Below are positions 1-10,994 of a DNA stretch of 64,000 bases, in pieces. This DNA comes from Hydrolagus affinis (taxonomy: Eukaryota). The DNA lies in assembly GCA_012026655.1 (NCBI GenBank), contig JAAILG010000056.1, forward strand, positions 62,001 through 126,000, given 5' to 3'. The notes under the pieces were generated by a model. That model saw only the letters and a program-made list of their open reading frames with translations. It was not told the origin of the DNA and searched no databases. The translations under genes were made by a program, and so were the position numbers. How positions within the stretch are numbered: position 1 is the first letter of the stretch; each line of letters starts with the position of its first letter.

Positions 1-575
1 TATCCTGGCTCTAATATGCTTGTCGGCCTTCCCAATTCCTCCCTCCAAAGGCTGCAGATAATCCAGAACTATGCGGCCCGTATCCCTTACCACTCCAAGC
101 TTCGTGACCCCCATCTCCCTCATCCTTGCCCGACTCCACTGGCTCCCCATCACCCAGAGGATTCAATTCAAGATCCTGGACCTCACATTCAAAGCCCTCC
201 GTGACCTCGCCCCACCCTATCTCTACAACCTCCTAACCCCCTACCATCCTGCCCGGCCCCTCCGCTCAGCAGGCTCCGCAGCCTGCTCCACGTCCCCCAA
301 CCCACCCTCCATTGGTGGGCGAGCATTCAGCCACTCTATCCCCAACCTCTGGAACTCCATCCTGCAGTCTGGCCTCAAGCCCTCCCTGGCCTCCTTCAAG
401 TCCCGCCTCAAGACCCTCCACTTCGATAGTCCCATCGGTCACCCCAAATCCCACCCTTTCCCTCCACCCTTCCCGGCCCTGACCCCAGCTCGTCTGAAAC
501 AATGACTGTCCAGCACCTTGGGACAGCCTCTTGACGTGAAAGGCATTATACAAGTGTAATTTTGTTGTTGTATTG
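1..575 (+). mobile_element. L2-clade LINE, 3' fragment (degenerate ORF2 C-terminus, 3' UTR, stem-loop tail, (TTG)n end)
   Basis: Translations GLPNSSLQRLQIIQNYAAR and LHWLPITQRIQFKIL..FKAL..LAPPYL..LL.PY.P.RPLRS..GGRAFSHS.P.LWNS are the typical L2 ORF2 C-terminal region, with frameshifts. Confidence 0.9.
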
Positions 576-579
576 TACA

Positions 580-830
580 GTTGAGTGACTGTTTATTTTG
601 TAAGTGAGGGCAACAGTGTCCCACAAACAGCCATGAAGTGAATGACCAATTTTACTTGGGGGATTGTTGGCCAGGACACAGGGAGAAGCCACCTTCTCTT
701 TTTGTTTAGTACCTTGAGCTCTTTAACGTCCACCTGGACAGTTAAGACACGTCCTCGGTTTAACTTTTCACCCGAAAGGCCAGCACCTCTAAATGTTGAC
801 TTGCTTCTTCAAGCGCATGTGGTACTGGGG
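580..830 (-). mobile_element. Older Deu-domain (SacSINE1/AmnSINE-like) SINE fragment
   Basis: ttggccaggacacagggagaa...tctttaacgtccacctg...cctcggtttaac...ccgaaaggccagcacctc; homologous to 3793-4198, 45835-46050 and 59160-59470. Confidence 0.75.
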
Positions 831-2432
831 AACCTCAAGGGGTAAAAGAAAAGGGCTGTCAATTAAACTATTGTAACTGACCCTCGAGCAACAGTTTTGA
901 ATTATGACTTCAAATTCAGAAGCTTTCAGAACTATTGGACGAAGGGCTAAGGCTGAGCTTCAGAATTTGCCAACATTCTGCACCACCTGAAAGATTAAGA
1001 CTTGAGGCTAAATATTCACACAGAATATCAGACTCCAGATAGTATCCATGTTAGTTGTTTAGGGTTAGTATTACAGTGATAGAGATACCTATGAATTCAG
1101 ATATTGTGAGTGCCTCTGGGGATCTTTACTGCGGCGTCTTAACTCCGCGACAGAGTTGCCTCTACCTGACTTACAGAGAGTCAGCAATGCAACATCCCAG
1201 AACAACACATCCAGGCTCTGGGTTCATTGCATATTCGTCCATGTGCTAGCCTTGGAAGACCTGAAACAAAACTTGACGAATTGTGAATCCTCCAACTGGC
1301 ACCGGGGCTTGATTTATGTTAGTTGTGTTCGTATTGCTTTTTCACAGAATATCAGTGTTGGCAGAACGGCTTCCTGTGCTGTAAATTCCTATGGTAGCGT
1401 TCTCTCTGGTCACCAGAAGCGCAAGAATAAAGCCATTATTGTGGTTGGACTTTGGTACGTGTTGAATAATGAGCTGTTAAGACGACCCTTTTAGATGAGC
1501 GGTTAGCTGATTAGCATTTACAAAGGTGAGGCTGGGGACCATCAATCTCCTACTTAAGGGTGTATGTGTATCTCTGCATTGCAAAACCATACACTTAAAG
1601 GAATATTACCCTTATTATTATACACTTAACAGAAGAGTCGTTGATGGAAATGAAGGGGAAACTTCCTTTAAATAACTGGATGCTTCAGCAAGCAGGGAAT
1701 ATCTGTAACTGCTATATACGTGAGGGGAATGCACTCAAAGCATTGACTTTGCCAAAATTAGTGAGAGGCCATTTTCATATCTGTCCATTAAGCCTCTGAC
1801 AACTGTTATTAAAAAGGGACAGACAGGAACTTCTAACGGGTTGTCCTATTCGTGATTTATTTTGGGGGAAACTTGAGTTTTTGATGAGCTGAAAGCTAGG
1901 TTCTCTCTGATGGTTCAGGGATTAGTTTGCACTTTGTATGATTCTGTAGGAAAAGCAACATTTTATTTGCACTTCATCACCAATGCTGAGATGTGGCACT
2001 TGGAGGACACTGGGAATTACATGGAATCACGAAAGTTACTTTAAATGCCAATGTGATGCATTCAAGAGGAAGCTAGACTTTCTTTTACGTGAGGGAGAGG
2101 GGAATAGAAAGGTTATGGGAGGGAGTAAGGAATTGATGGAGACAGGCGTGGAGCGTAAGTATTGTCACAGACTGGTTGGGCCGAGTTGGGCCTGTTTCTG
2201 CGCTGTACTATCTCTATTTGCCTTTTGATGGTCATTTGGCATCCCCAAATGATGACTTCATTCAAAGTTTTAATTTGTTAAGAGTCATCAGATCCATCTG
2301 TTTTCTTGAACTCGCATCCCACATTGTTGCACCCAGCTGGGAGCTTCTAGATTAGAATATTGATATCTCTGTCTCGCAGACAGTGCCATATTTCGAACGT
2401 TGAAAACCGACTGCCATTTTGTGCATAGATAT

Positions 2433-2553
2433 ATAATAATAATCCTTGCATTTGATACAGCACCTTATCACATCTTCGAGACATCTCTAAGCGCTTCACC
2501 GAATATACTGTCAAGTGAAGTGACTGTACACTGTAACACTTTGTGGGCCAAAA
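2433..2553 (-). mobile_element. Young SINE family, 3' tail fragment
   Basis: aataataatccttgcatttgatacagcacc...aagcgcttcaccgaatatactg is the reverse complement of the tail at 16850-16960. Confidence 0.8.
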
Positions 2554-3409
2554 AAGTGGAGATTGATTCTCGGCCTTTTTTTTTCCAACTCCCAACCAAT
2601 GTTACTTGTGAGCTTGCCTCTAGGAGATGCTTGTGAGGAGCCGAGTTGACTGTCTCCTTGTGGGTTGTGGAATGAAACCACTGGCCTCTCCCATCCATTA
2701 ACATGGTTGAGGTGTAAATTTTCATCTGTGGGGAACCATCGTCAGGAGCTTGCGCTTGGACACTTTGTGGCTCAATGGGAAGGTGCTTCAGTCACACTAC
2801 AGTGGTCTGCAGTGCAGTCAGTTATGATCTGCGTCACACTATTCTGCACGCAAATTGCGATTGGAAAATTCTCCCGATTAATATCCGTTCATTAACAGAT
2901 TGTTGTGCAACGAGGAGGAAGGTAGCAAATTTGATTTTCCGTGACCCCGGCCTGAAATAAGGCTTTAAAATATAGTCTTTCATTGTGATTTTATCATATG
3001 CATGTGTTTAAAGGTATAATAAATTACATTACTGTGAATAGGAATGGGTTTGTCTGCAAAAAGATGATCTTAAGTAGGATTTGATTAAATCAGAGTTCAT
3101 CTTAAGTGTTGGTTGCAGTGTACATGCTTTCCCATTAAAATTAAATTAATTACAGAATTGTGTTTTGATCGAGCAGCGCGAAATGTTTTTTTATTTTGGA
3201 TGCCATTACGTGAGTGGTTCGTAACTGAAACCAGTCATCAAAATAAAAAAAACAAAATTTAATCAGGCCATTATTTTTTTTCATGTCTGGCAGCATTTCA
3301 AGCGCCTAATCAAATAGTGCTGTGAATGTTTAGCTAATGCAAGAAGTCGTCTTCACAGATGTTTGCACACAGCAAGGAGCATAATTGCATTCCGGGGCTA
3401 GAATCTGTT

Positions 3410-3509
3410 NNNNNNNNNNNNNNNNNNNNNNNNNNNNNNNNNNNNNNNNNNNNNNNNNNNNNNNNNNNNNNNNNNNNNNNNNNNNNNNNNNNNNNNNNNN
3501 NNNNNNNNN
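3410..3509. other. Assembly gap (100 N)
   Basis: Run of N. Confidence 1.
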
Positions 3510-3792
3510 TAAGAGCGTCTTTGGCAGTGGTGTTCCTGAAAAGAGTGACAGTAATCAAAACCACAGGATAGTAATATTTGAATCTGAAGTCATGATCTAA
3601 ATAGGATCTCGCACCAGTGTTGGTGTGTTAGGGTGCCCCACCACATGAGTGAAAGAGACGGGTCACACTCCACTGGTCTTTGTTGTGATACAGAAAGCCC
3701 CAGTGTAACATGCTGACAATAGTGTGATCTGTTAATTGTATGCACGGCATTGGAATGTTTCCCAGGACATACTAACCAGTTTAAATGGAAAC

Positions 3793-4198
3793 AAATCCTT
3801 GCACGTCACGTTTAGTGGAAGCCTCGAAGCACTTCATAGGATGCTGCTGTGAAGTCTGGCGACCGTGTATTTTTGTAGGCGGATGTGACTGTCAGTTTAC
3901 ACACAGCAATGCTCCCACCAAACAGCCAAGAAGCGAGTGACCAATTTTATCTGGAGGATTCGTTGGCCATGACAATAGTACCATGGGATCATTAACATCC
4001 ACTTGAATAAGCAGCCAGAATCCTGGTAGAGTATTAATTGTTTCATCCAAGGGATGCCAGCCACAACAATGCAGGCTCCCCAACACTGTATTATAGTGTC
4101 AGGCCCTAGACTGTTGAGGGCCAAAGCCCCAACATAGGTCTTTGAAAACATAACATTCTGACTCGGGAGTGAGAATGCCACCAACTGAGCCAGGCTGA
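3793..4198 (-). mobile_element. Older Deu-domain SINE, near full length, diverged
   Basis: tRNA-like head (ttctgactcgggagtgagaatgccaccaactgagcca on +), central domain atagtaccatgggatcattaacatccacttga, and decayed tail. Confidence 0.75.
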
Positions 4199-4939
4199 TG
4201 CATAATTTTGAAATTCACTGTTTCATAGTTCATAATGAATGATTAGTAAGAGCATTATTTAAACCATCAATACAGTTAGTGTTCCGATTTCTGAGACATC
4301 CCAGAGTTTCATATCAGTAATCATATGGAACGCTTACAAAAGTTTGGCATGGTCTTTCGAACCACAATGGTCCCTTAAAGCAGCTGCTGTAAAGTTTTGT
4401 GTAAATCACACATGGAACTTTTACACCTCGCCCACTAACAAGAGCACGCTTGAGAATAGAGCTTATAAATTATAAGCTTATAACTAGGAACTGCAGTACA
4501 CCGTGAATTGTATCAATGTGTATACCTTTTGCCTTAACATTTTTATGGCTCTATAGTCTTATTTAAAAGTTGAATGAGTAAAGAATATGTAGATTGTGAC
4601 CTCACCACAATAGTATTAAATATTAAAGCATCACTTGTGGTTTTCCAGTAACCTACTGCTAACTGGTCTAGACATAGCAAAATGATTGCAAAACTCTTCA
4701 TTCTGTGAGTATGAACAGCTTTTGTCCCAACTCTGACCCTTCAAATAAACTAAATGGTACTTCAGTCAAACAATTCATGTCTTTCAACAGGATCTTTAGC
4801 TAGTCAGCCAGTGAATTTCTTTCCTTATTTAAAAAGGAGGTGGAGAGATTACTTTTTAAATTTAGATACATGGCCCTGAGTGCAATATACCATCAAGGTT
4901 AACAAGAACCCCAGAGAAATGAGATCCGGCAAGCCAGAG

Positions 4940-5480
4940 CTTTGAAAGCCTGTAGTTGGTATATGGAATGGAAAGGTTTGAAAAGTTCCACGGTCTTGGT
5001 GGTCCTGGTGAGAATAAATTGGAGGAGTTGATAGAGAGATTAATTTTGATTGCAACACAGATACGGAGAGATGTAAAATAGGGGTATTTGAAGTTTGGTT
5101 GGAAAGGAGTGGGATGTTCTGAGCATTAAGAGATAGAAATCGTTGTGATTGTAGAGATAATGGAGGGCACCAGTAACGGAAGGCTCACCTATCAGATAAC
5201 ACCTTTTTTTCACCGTATTCCGCCCTGAAGTGCAAGCGAGTTGCTGGAAATAAATTCACAGATAGAGAAGTATTATTAAAACTCTTGGGACAGACCTAAG
5301 GTTTAGAGATTTGAGAAATGTTAAGTTTAAGGACTATGAAAGTTTGGCAACAAAAGAAACTGGAGGCTGGAAAATTCCCATGCGATCATGATGTTAATAG
5401 CCAAAGAGTCCAGAGGGGCATTATTCACACTGAGATATTGTGACTTGTGAGAGTTACTTGCTGCTTGGACGATAGATACA
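4940..5480 (-). mobile_element. Highly decayed L2-like LINE fragment
   Basis: Purine-rich + strand; the reverse complement near 4985-5015 resembles the FSH.GPRLWN motif with a frameshift; boundaries uncertain. Confidence 0.4.
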
Positions 5481-5579
5481 TCAATGGGCCTAATCCCATG
5501 CTGTTCACTAAACGTGACAAAACTTTTCATCACTTCTTATTTAATGTTTAACGCCTCCTGACGAGACAGACACTAGACA

Positions 5580-5903
5580 AATAATAATAATAAATAATCC
5601 TGCCATTTGATGTAGCTCTTTTCACATCTTCAAGCATCTCAACGCACTTCACAGAATATTCTGTAAAGTTAATTGACTGTGCATTTGTGGGCAAAACATG
5701 GCAGCCAATTGCACACAGCCAATTGCCCACAAACACCCGTGAATTGATTTGACCAAATTACTATTGTGTTTGGGGTTTTGTTCTAAAGGGGTTATTATCA
5801 GATGTGTGAGTTAAGGAAACTTGATTAAGGTTTCGCCCAGCCGAAAATTGAACCCAGGTCTCTCACTGGCAAGGCGAGTGCTCTAATCACTGAGCTACAG
5901 GAC
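5580..5903 (-). mobile_element. Young tRNA-derived SINE, full length
   Basis: Reverse complement starts GTCCTGTAGCTCAGTGATTAGAGCACTCGCC (A box), has GGTTCAATT (B box), and ends in an (ATT)n tail. Confidence 0.88.
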
Positions 5904-6844
5904 GCATGTAATTTGTTGTTGCTTATTTCCTATCAGTGATCGGAATGTGATTCTCCCCCACCCCCACCGACATTGTACAAACAAATGGGGTAGCAAACCA
6001 AAGTGAATTAAGTTGGTTCTTTTAAAAGACACCAAAATAATGTTTAGTTTTTTAGATTTCCCCCTTAGAAAACATGTTGTATAAATCGTCCCTCAAATGG
6101 ATTCTATTGACCTCATAAAATGTAGGGAAAAGGCAGCTGATGTGGATTTGCAGATATGTGTCTTTTTTTTGTGTGTGTGAGTGTGAGAGAGAAAAAGGGG
6201 AGAAAGGGGGGTCGGAGGGAAAGATAGGCGCTTTGTGTTTAGGAAACAAACCTCTTGAAGGAGTCTGCCTGTTTTATGCGTATGTCTGCAATTTTTAAAA
6301 AAACATAGAAAATGGGCGAAACAGCTCAGCGAGCAAGTTGCCCTGAAAGCACACTGTACACCAGGAGGGCTACAGTACAAATGGCTGACGCGCTCTGCTT
6401 TTGAGTACTTTAAATGTATCATAATACCTAAGGGACCAGTGAAGTAAGTAGTCTGTCCAATTACCGTTGAAGAGGATTTATATTATCTTATTGCCAACAC
6501 TGGGTTTCTGTTGTCACCAAAAATTGTTTGGTTTTGATGCTGTTTTTGATGCACTTGAATATTATTTTTAAGCGGTGAACTTATCTACCAAGTTTTTATG
6601 TTGTATCCCAGCTTAAAATTTCAAAGTAAATTCAATTTTCCTACCAATTTTGGGTTAATTGTGCGCTCTTCTGCTTTGTTCTGCACTTATTTTACCTGCA
6701 CCAGAGCACAGCTAGGAGGTAGAGCTGACAAACCTATCCCCAGGACTCTCTCTGCGCATGCAACTCCCCAACTTCATTACCTGGAATGCGCAGGTTTAGG
6801 GCAACAGGACAAACTAATGTTCCCTAGCATCACAAAGTCAAGGG

Positions 6845-7226
6845 TGTGCTCAGTGGTTAGAGTACTCACCTCGCAAGCAATGGGACCTGTGTTCGAATCC
6901 AGGCAGATCAGGGCGAAACCTTGGGCTAATTTCCTTACCCCACATGACTTAATAATAATCCATTCCAAAAAAACCTCACAATAATAAAAAAAAATTGGTC
7001 ATTTCAATCCACGACTGTTTGTGGGACACTGCTGTCTGCAATTGGCTGCCGTGTTTCGCCCACAAATATACAACAAGATCGATTTATATAACGCCCTCCA
7101 TGCCGGACGGCGTCTCAGAACGCTTTATATAGTCAATTCATTTTACAGTATAATCTGTGAGGCGCTTTGAGGCGTCTAGAAGACGTGAGAAGCACTAGAT
7201 CAAATGCAAGGATTATTATTATTATT
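6845..7226 (+). mobile_element. Young tRNA-derived SINE, near full length, interrupted at 7073-7125
   Basis: gctcagtggttagagtactc...gttcgaatccaggcag...gtgggacactgctgtctgcaattggctgcc...caaatgcaaggattattatt. Confidence 0.9.
7073..7125 (-). mobile_element. Minimal L2-type 3' tail nested antisense in a SINE
   Basis: Absent from sibling SINE copies; similar to the L2 end at 24805-24870; flanked by TATACA (7067-7072) and TATATA (7126-7131). Confidence 0.7.
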
Positions 7227-7228
7227 AG

Positions 7229-7330
7229 ATTCCCGGGCATGGTGAAATGTTTAGCAAGTTTCCTTACTCCACACACACGCCTCTGTTTACCCAACAGTAA
7301 AGTAGGAACCCAGTTGTTAGTCGATTGGCG
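7229..7330 (+). mobile_element. SINE fragment with complete CORE-like segment
   Basis: gcaagtttccttactccacacacacgcctctgtttacccaacagtaaagtaggaaccc matches 56690-56760. Confidence 0.7.
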
Positions 7331-10300
7331 GATTGCGTTTTTCAATAAAAATGTGCGTTGGTTAGTAGAGAGATAGGAGAGAGAAGGGGTGAGGGGGCGA
7401 AATGGGATTAGTACATTGGAAATCTTGTAAATTTAAATCAATTTAACTCTGTATATCAAGATCCCTCAGTGGAAAGTTTAGTGTATCAGAGCCACTTGGG
7501 TTTCTCCCGGAGGTTTGAGGAAGGAAGTGGGAAGAATAAAGCACAAGTGTTGCAGAATGATGTAAGCAAATAAACGCACTGCTTGACATCTTGATTTGTG
7601 TCTTATTTATGTAAGTATCCCACACAATTTTCCAAGTATTATTTTAGATGCATGTGTCGCAACTGCAGATGAGGTTAGACAATAGTTTGCCTTTTAGAGT
7701 GTTTGTTGCTTCACCGTCGCTTGTAGATGAAAGAGGAAAAGCACATCTCCAAATTGTTACCCCAACTCGGCAGTGAATGCCCGATCACTTTGGATGTTGC
7801 TGTTTGCGAGTCAGTCGAATATGTAAAGCAGCCAGTTTGACATTGGAAAAACAAACGTTATTTGTTTTTTAACCAAATGCTTATTTGGAAATGTGTTTAG
7901 AAAACAGGAAGTAGGAACGATTTGACGTTAGAAACCGGGGAGGTGCTGATTACATTTAAGAAATGTCAATGTACTGTTGTTCTCCAGCTCTTAATTCTGT
8001 GACAGTTGAAACGGCTTGAAATTAATGTAGAAAACTGCAAAGCAGGAACTTTTTGTGTTTTTTTTAAAAAAAGAATCTAGCTTTGCTTTTCCTCTACGGA
8101 AAGAAGTGTAGAATTCGTGCCACAACAACTGGCTGTGAAGTCTCTATTACACAGCGACTTATTTAATTTCACCTGTCATCTTGAGAAAAGGAGGGCCATT
8201 TGTAAGAAGCATCTGAATGGTAAAAGATTGATTATGGTGAGTAGTTGATTGTGATTGGTGAGTAGGGTGTGGCTGATTGGCTTTACACTGTGTCAGTCTG
8301 TGCTCACCCTTGCAAGTATAATCTGTCTGTATCTGCAGAAAGCTGAGTTTGTACAGGAGCCTTATTAGTGCTTCATGGCCCACCACTCTGTTTACTGCGG
8401 CAGCTAAATGGAGTTTGTCAGGTTTGTCAATATGATTGATTCTGCAATTTTAGTACCTTTCCTCTGTAAAACTGACAATTTAATTTATCCAGCAAAGAAA
8501 AAGAAGCAGCACAACTTCCTTTGTGCAGTGTTTTATCATTGTTGCTACTTTATTTTATCAGCCTGCTTTAAGAGTTCGTTTCATCATTGAAATCATTATT
8601 TATTGTGTCTTTCACTCGCAAGAAAAGCAGACTTGAGGGGAATTTATTTATCCTATATTTAATGCCACTTAATAACGTTTTAGAATCATTGGGTGGTGAT
8701 GTCCTAGAATACTTTTTTGTTAGCCCACAATATCTTTGACACACTGTAATTTTTATTACAGCCATGTCTGAAGTCAGCTGTTTGTATCAAGTGCTGCATA
8801 TTAGTGGAGTGAAAAATGAATGAATGAACGAGTGAATGAATGAATTCCAGGCGATTGTTGCATTTTATGTGGCAGCCTCTCTTGTCCTGTCTGGAGTGCA
8901 ATCTGTATTTGTCACTGAAGGCTGTCACGTTGTCCTGCAAAGTACCAAAAGCGTGTTTGAAATGCAAGGAACTTGAATGTCAACATTGCAGAATTTAGAA
9001 TCAAACGGCACATTGTGATGGTTAAGAATACCCTCAGGAAATGAAGTAATGGGAGGCTGGTATTTTTGAAAATAGTGTTCATATTTTGTATCATGCTTCT
9101 CCTTTTTTGTTAGGCTGTAAAATGATCCGAAACGTTTCATCCCCTCGCCACCGTTTTAATTTTGTGTAAGAGAGTTGGTTGTTTTAGATCATTTTTGCCT
9201 TGAACTGCCGACTCGGTTCAGGCATTATTTGGAGCCCACAAACAATTGACATTTTTACTGCACGGATAATCCTCTCGTAACGTATACATTTCTAATTGTC
9301 GTCTGTAAGAGAGGATAGAGTCTTGTCACTTTTGGCTCAAGCTCAGGCTGCATTATTTTTTTTTAAAAAGCGCAAAGTTTATTTTTTGAAGTAGATTTTT
9401 GACTTTTAAAATTCTATAGTATTTTTATCTGAAACTCAATACAGTGCAAGTTACAGGGTACTGCGCTAACCCTATCTAGAGTGGATTGCTATTGATATGA
9501 AGAGCTTAAAGCACCACTTAGATGATAAAGACTTATTGCTTTTATGTTGTGGAGCACTGTGGTTAAAGGATTTACCTGAGCCCCCAATTCACAGCTGTTT
9601 TGCAGCAGACACAGTTTGCTCGCTGCAACAGAAAAAAAAGAGAGCCATGTTTTGATTTTTCAGTTTCCACTTTCAACTTGAAATCTCATTGTAGTGTTTG
9701 TGCGAACAAAACTGAACGGGGATGATATATTCCAGCAATGTGCAGCTGACTTGGCATAGAATCTCAGAGTGCTGAACTGAGAACCGATTTGTCTGACAGT
9801 TTATAATCAAAGTTGATTTATTGTTCATTAGTAGTGCATTAGCCCTTTCAGGAAAGGCAGTTATTTGTGCAGTGGCCTGTCAACTACAGAGACTGCAAGC
9901 ACCTGTCATTTCTTTACCTCAATGTGGGCAACCATATATTACACTACTGAGTGAAGCATCTGCACATTTGGGATGGAGCCTGATATTTTCTGTCAGCATT
10001 TTTTGGTGGCGTGCACGTTTTAATTGATGGCACTGTAAGCAACAACAACATAACGTTAAACAAAACCAAATTTGTCAACTTGTGTCTGTCGTCATGGAGA
10101 CCAGGATTAAGCTTGTGTTGTTACAAAGGGTGGAATAAAAACAATCAGCTCTCTGGTGTTTCACCAGGCTGCATTATGCATTGTCTTGTGTGAATTTTCA
10201 TGGGCCTGGGATTTTAAGGGCTGTGATCTTAATTAAATCTCAACTGACTCAAATAATACTTCTGAAGGCATGCAGCGTTACATAACCCAGATGAACGGAC

Positions 10301-10894
10301 CGACCATAAATCATCTGCCTGAATGATAGGACGGGGGTGGTGTGGGGGGGGTGCTATTTAATGGGCTTGTATTAATTTTGAAGGTGTTTCTTTTAAGACA
10401 GCGGGTACCGAGCAATTGAAGCTTCATTCATAGTTTTACCCACCAACCCGTGAACAGTGAGAGAGAGAAAAGAGTTCCTAAAAGGGGCAAGGGTGGTGTG
10501 GGTGGGGGGGGAGAGGGTAGGGAAGTTTGGGAGGGGGCGTGGAGACAAGAGAGAGATAAAAGGAGAGAGAAAACTGCTGTGCTTGTTTTTATTGGTTTCT
10601 GATGCCCGTTTTGTCTACAGGCTTTTTGAGCCTCCAAACATCTGAGTGCCGAGATAAGATGTCAAAACCAACTGTAGCTTATTTTTTCCCTTTCAAACTT
10701 GCTAGTGCCAGGCTCTGAAACACCTGTGGTAACAAGACCAGACTGTGGGAAAGTTCTGACACAACTGACATTTGTTGTTTTTAGGTGAAAGGCTTAGCTG
10801 GTTCCTTTGGTGGTTTGTTTGTTCCAAAGAAAGCAAGAATGACCTTTTAAGGAAAATATATTTGTTTGTTTTGGGAGATTATGAAAATGCACAC

Positions 10895-10994
10895 NNNNNN
10901 NNNNNNNNNNNNNNNNNNNNNNNNNNNNNNNNNNNNNNNNNNNNNNNNNNNNNNNNNNNNNNNNNNNNNNNNNNNNNNNNNNNNNNNNNNNNNN
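10895..10994. other. Assembly gap (100 N) followed by poly-C tract to about 11016
   Basis: Run of N then homopolymer C. Confidence 1.

Noticed and set aside
71-505. 144-aa ORF (and 13190-13618, 142 aa) as host genes
   Set aside because: Frameshifted C-terminal remnants of L2 ORF2 ending in LINE tails
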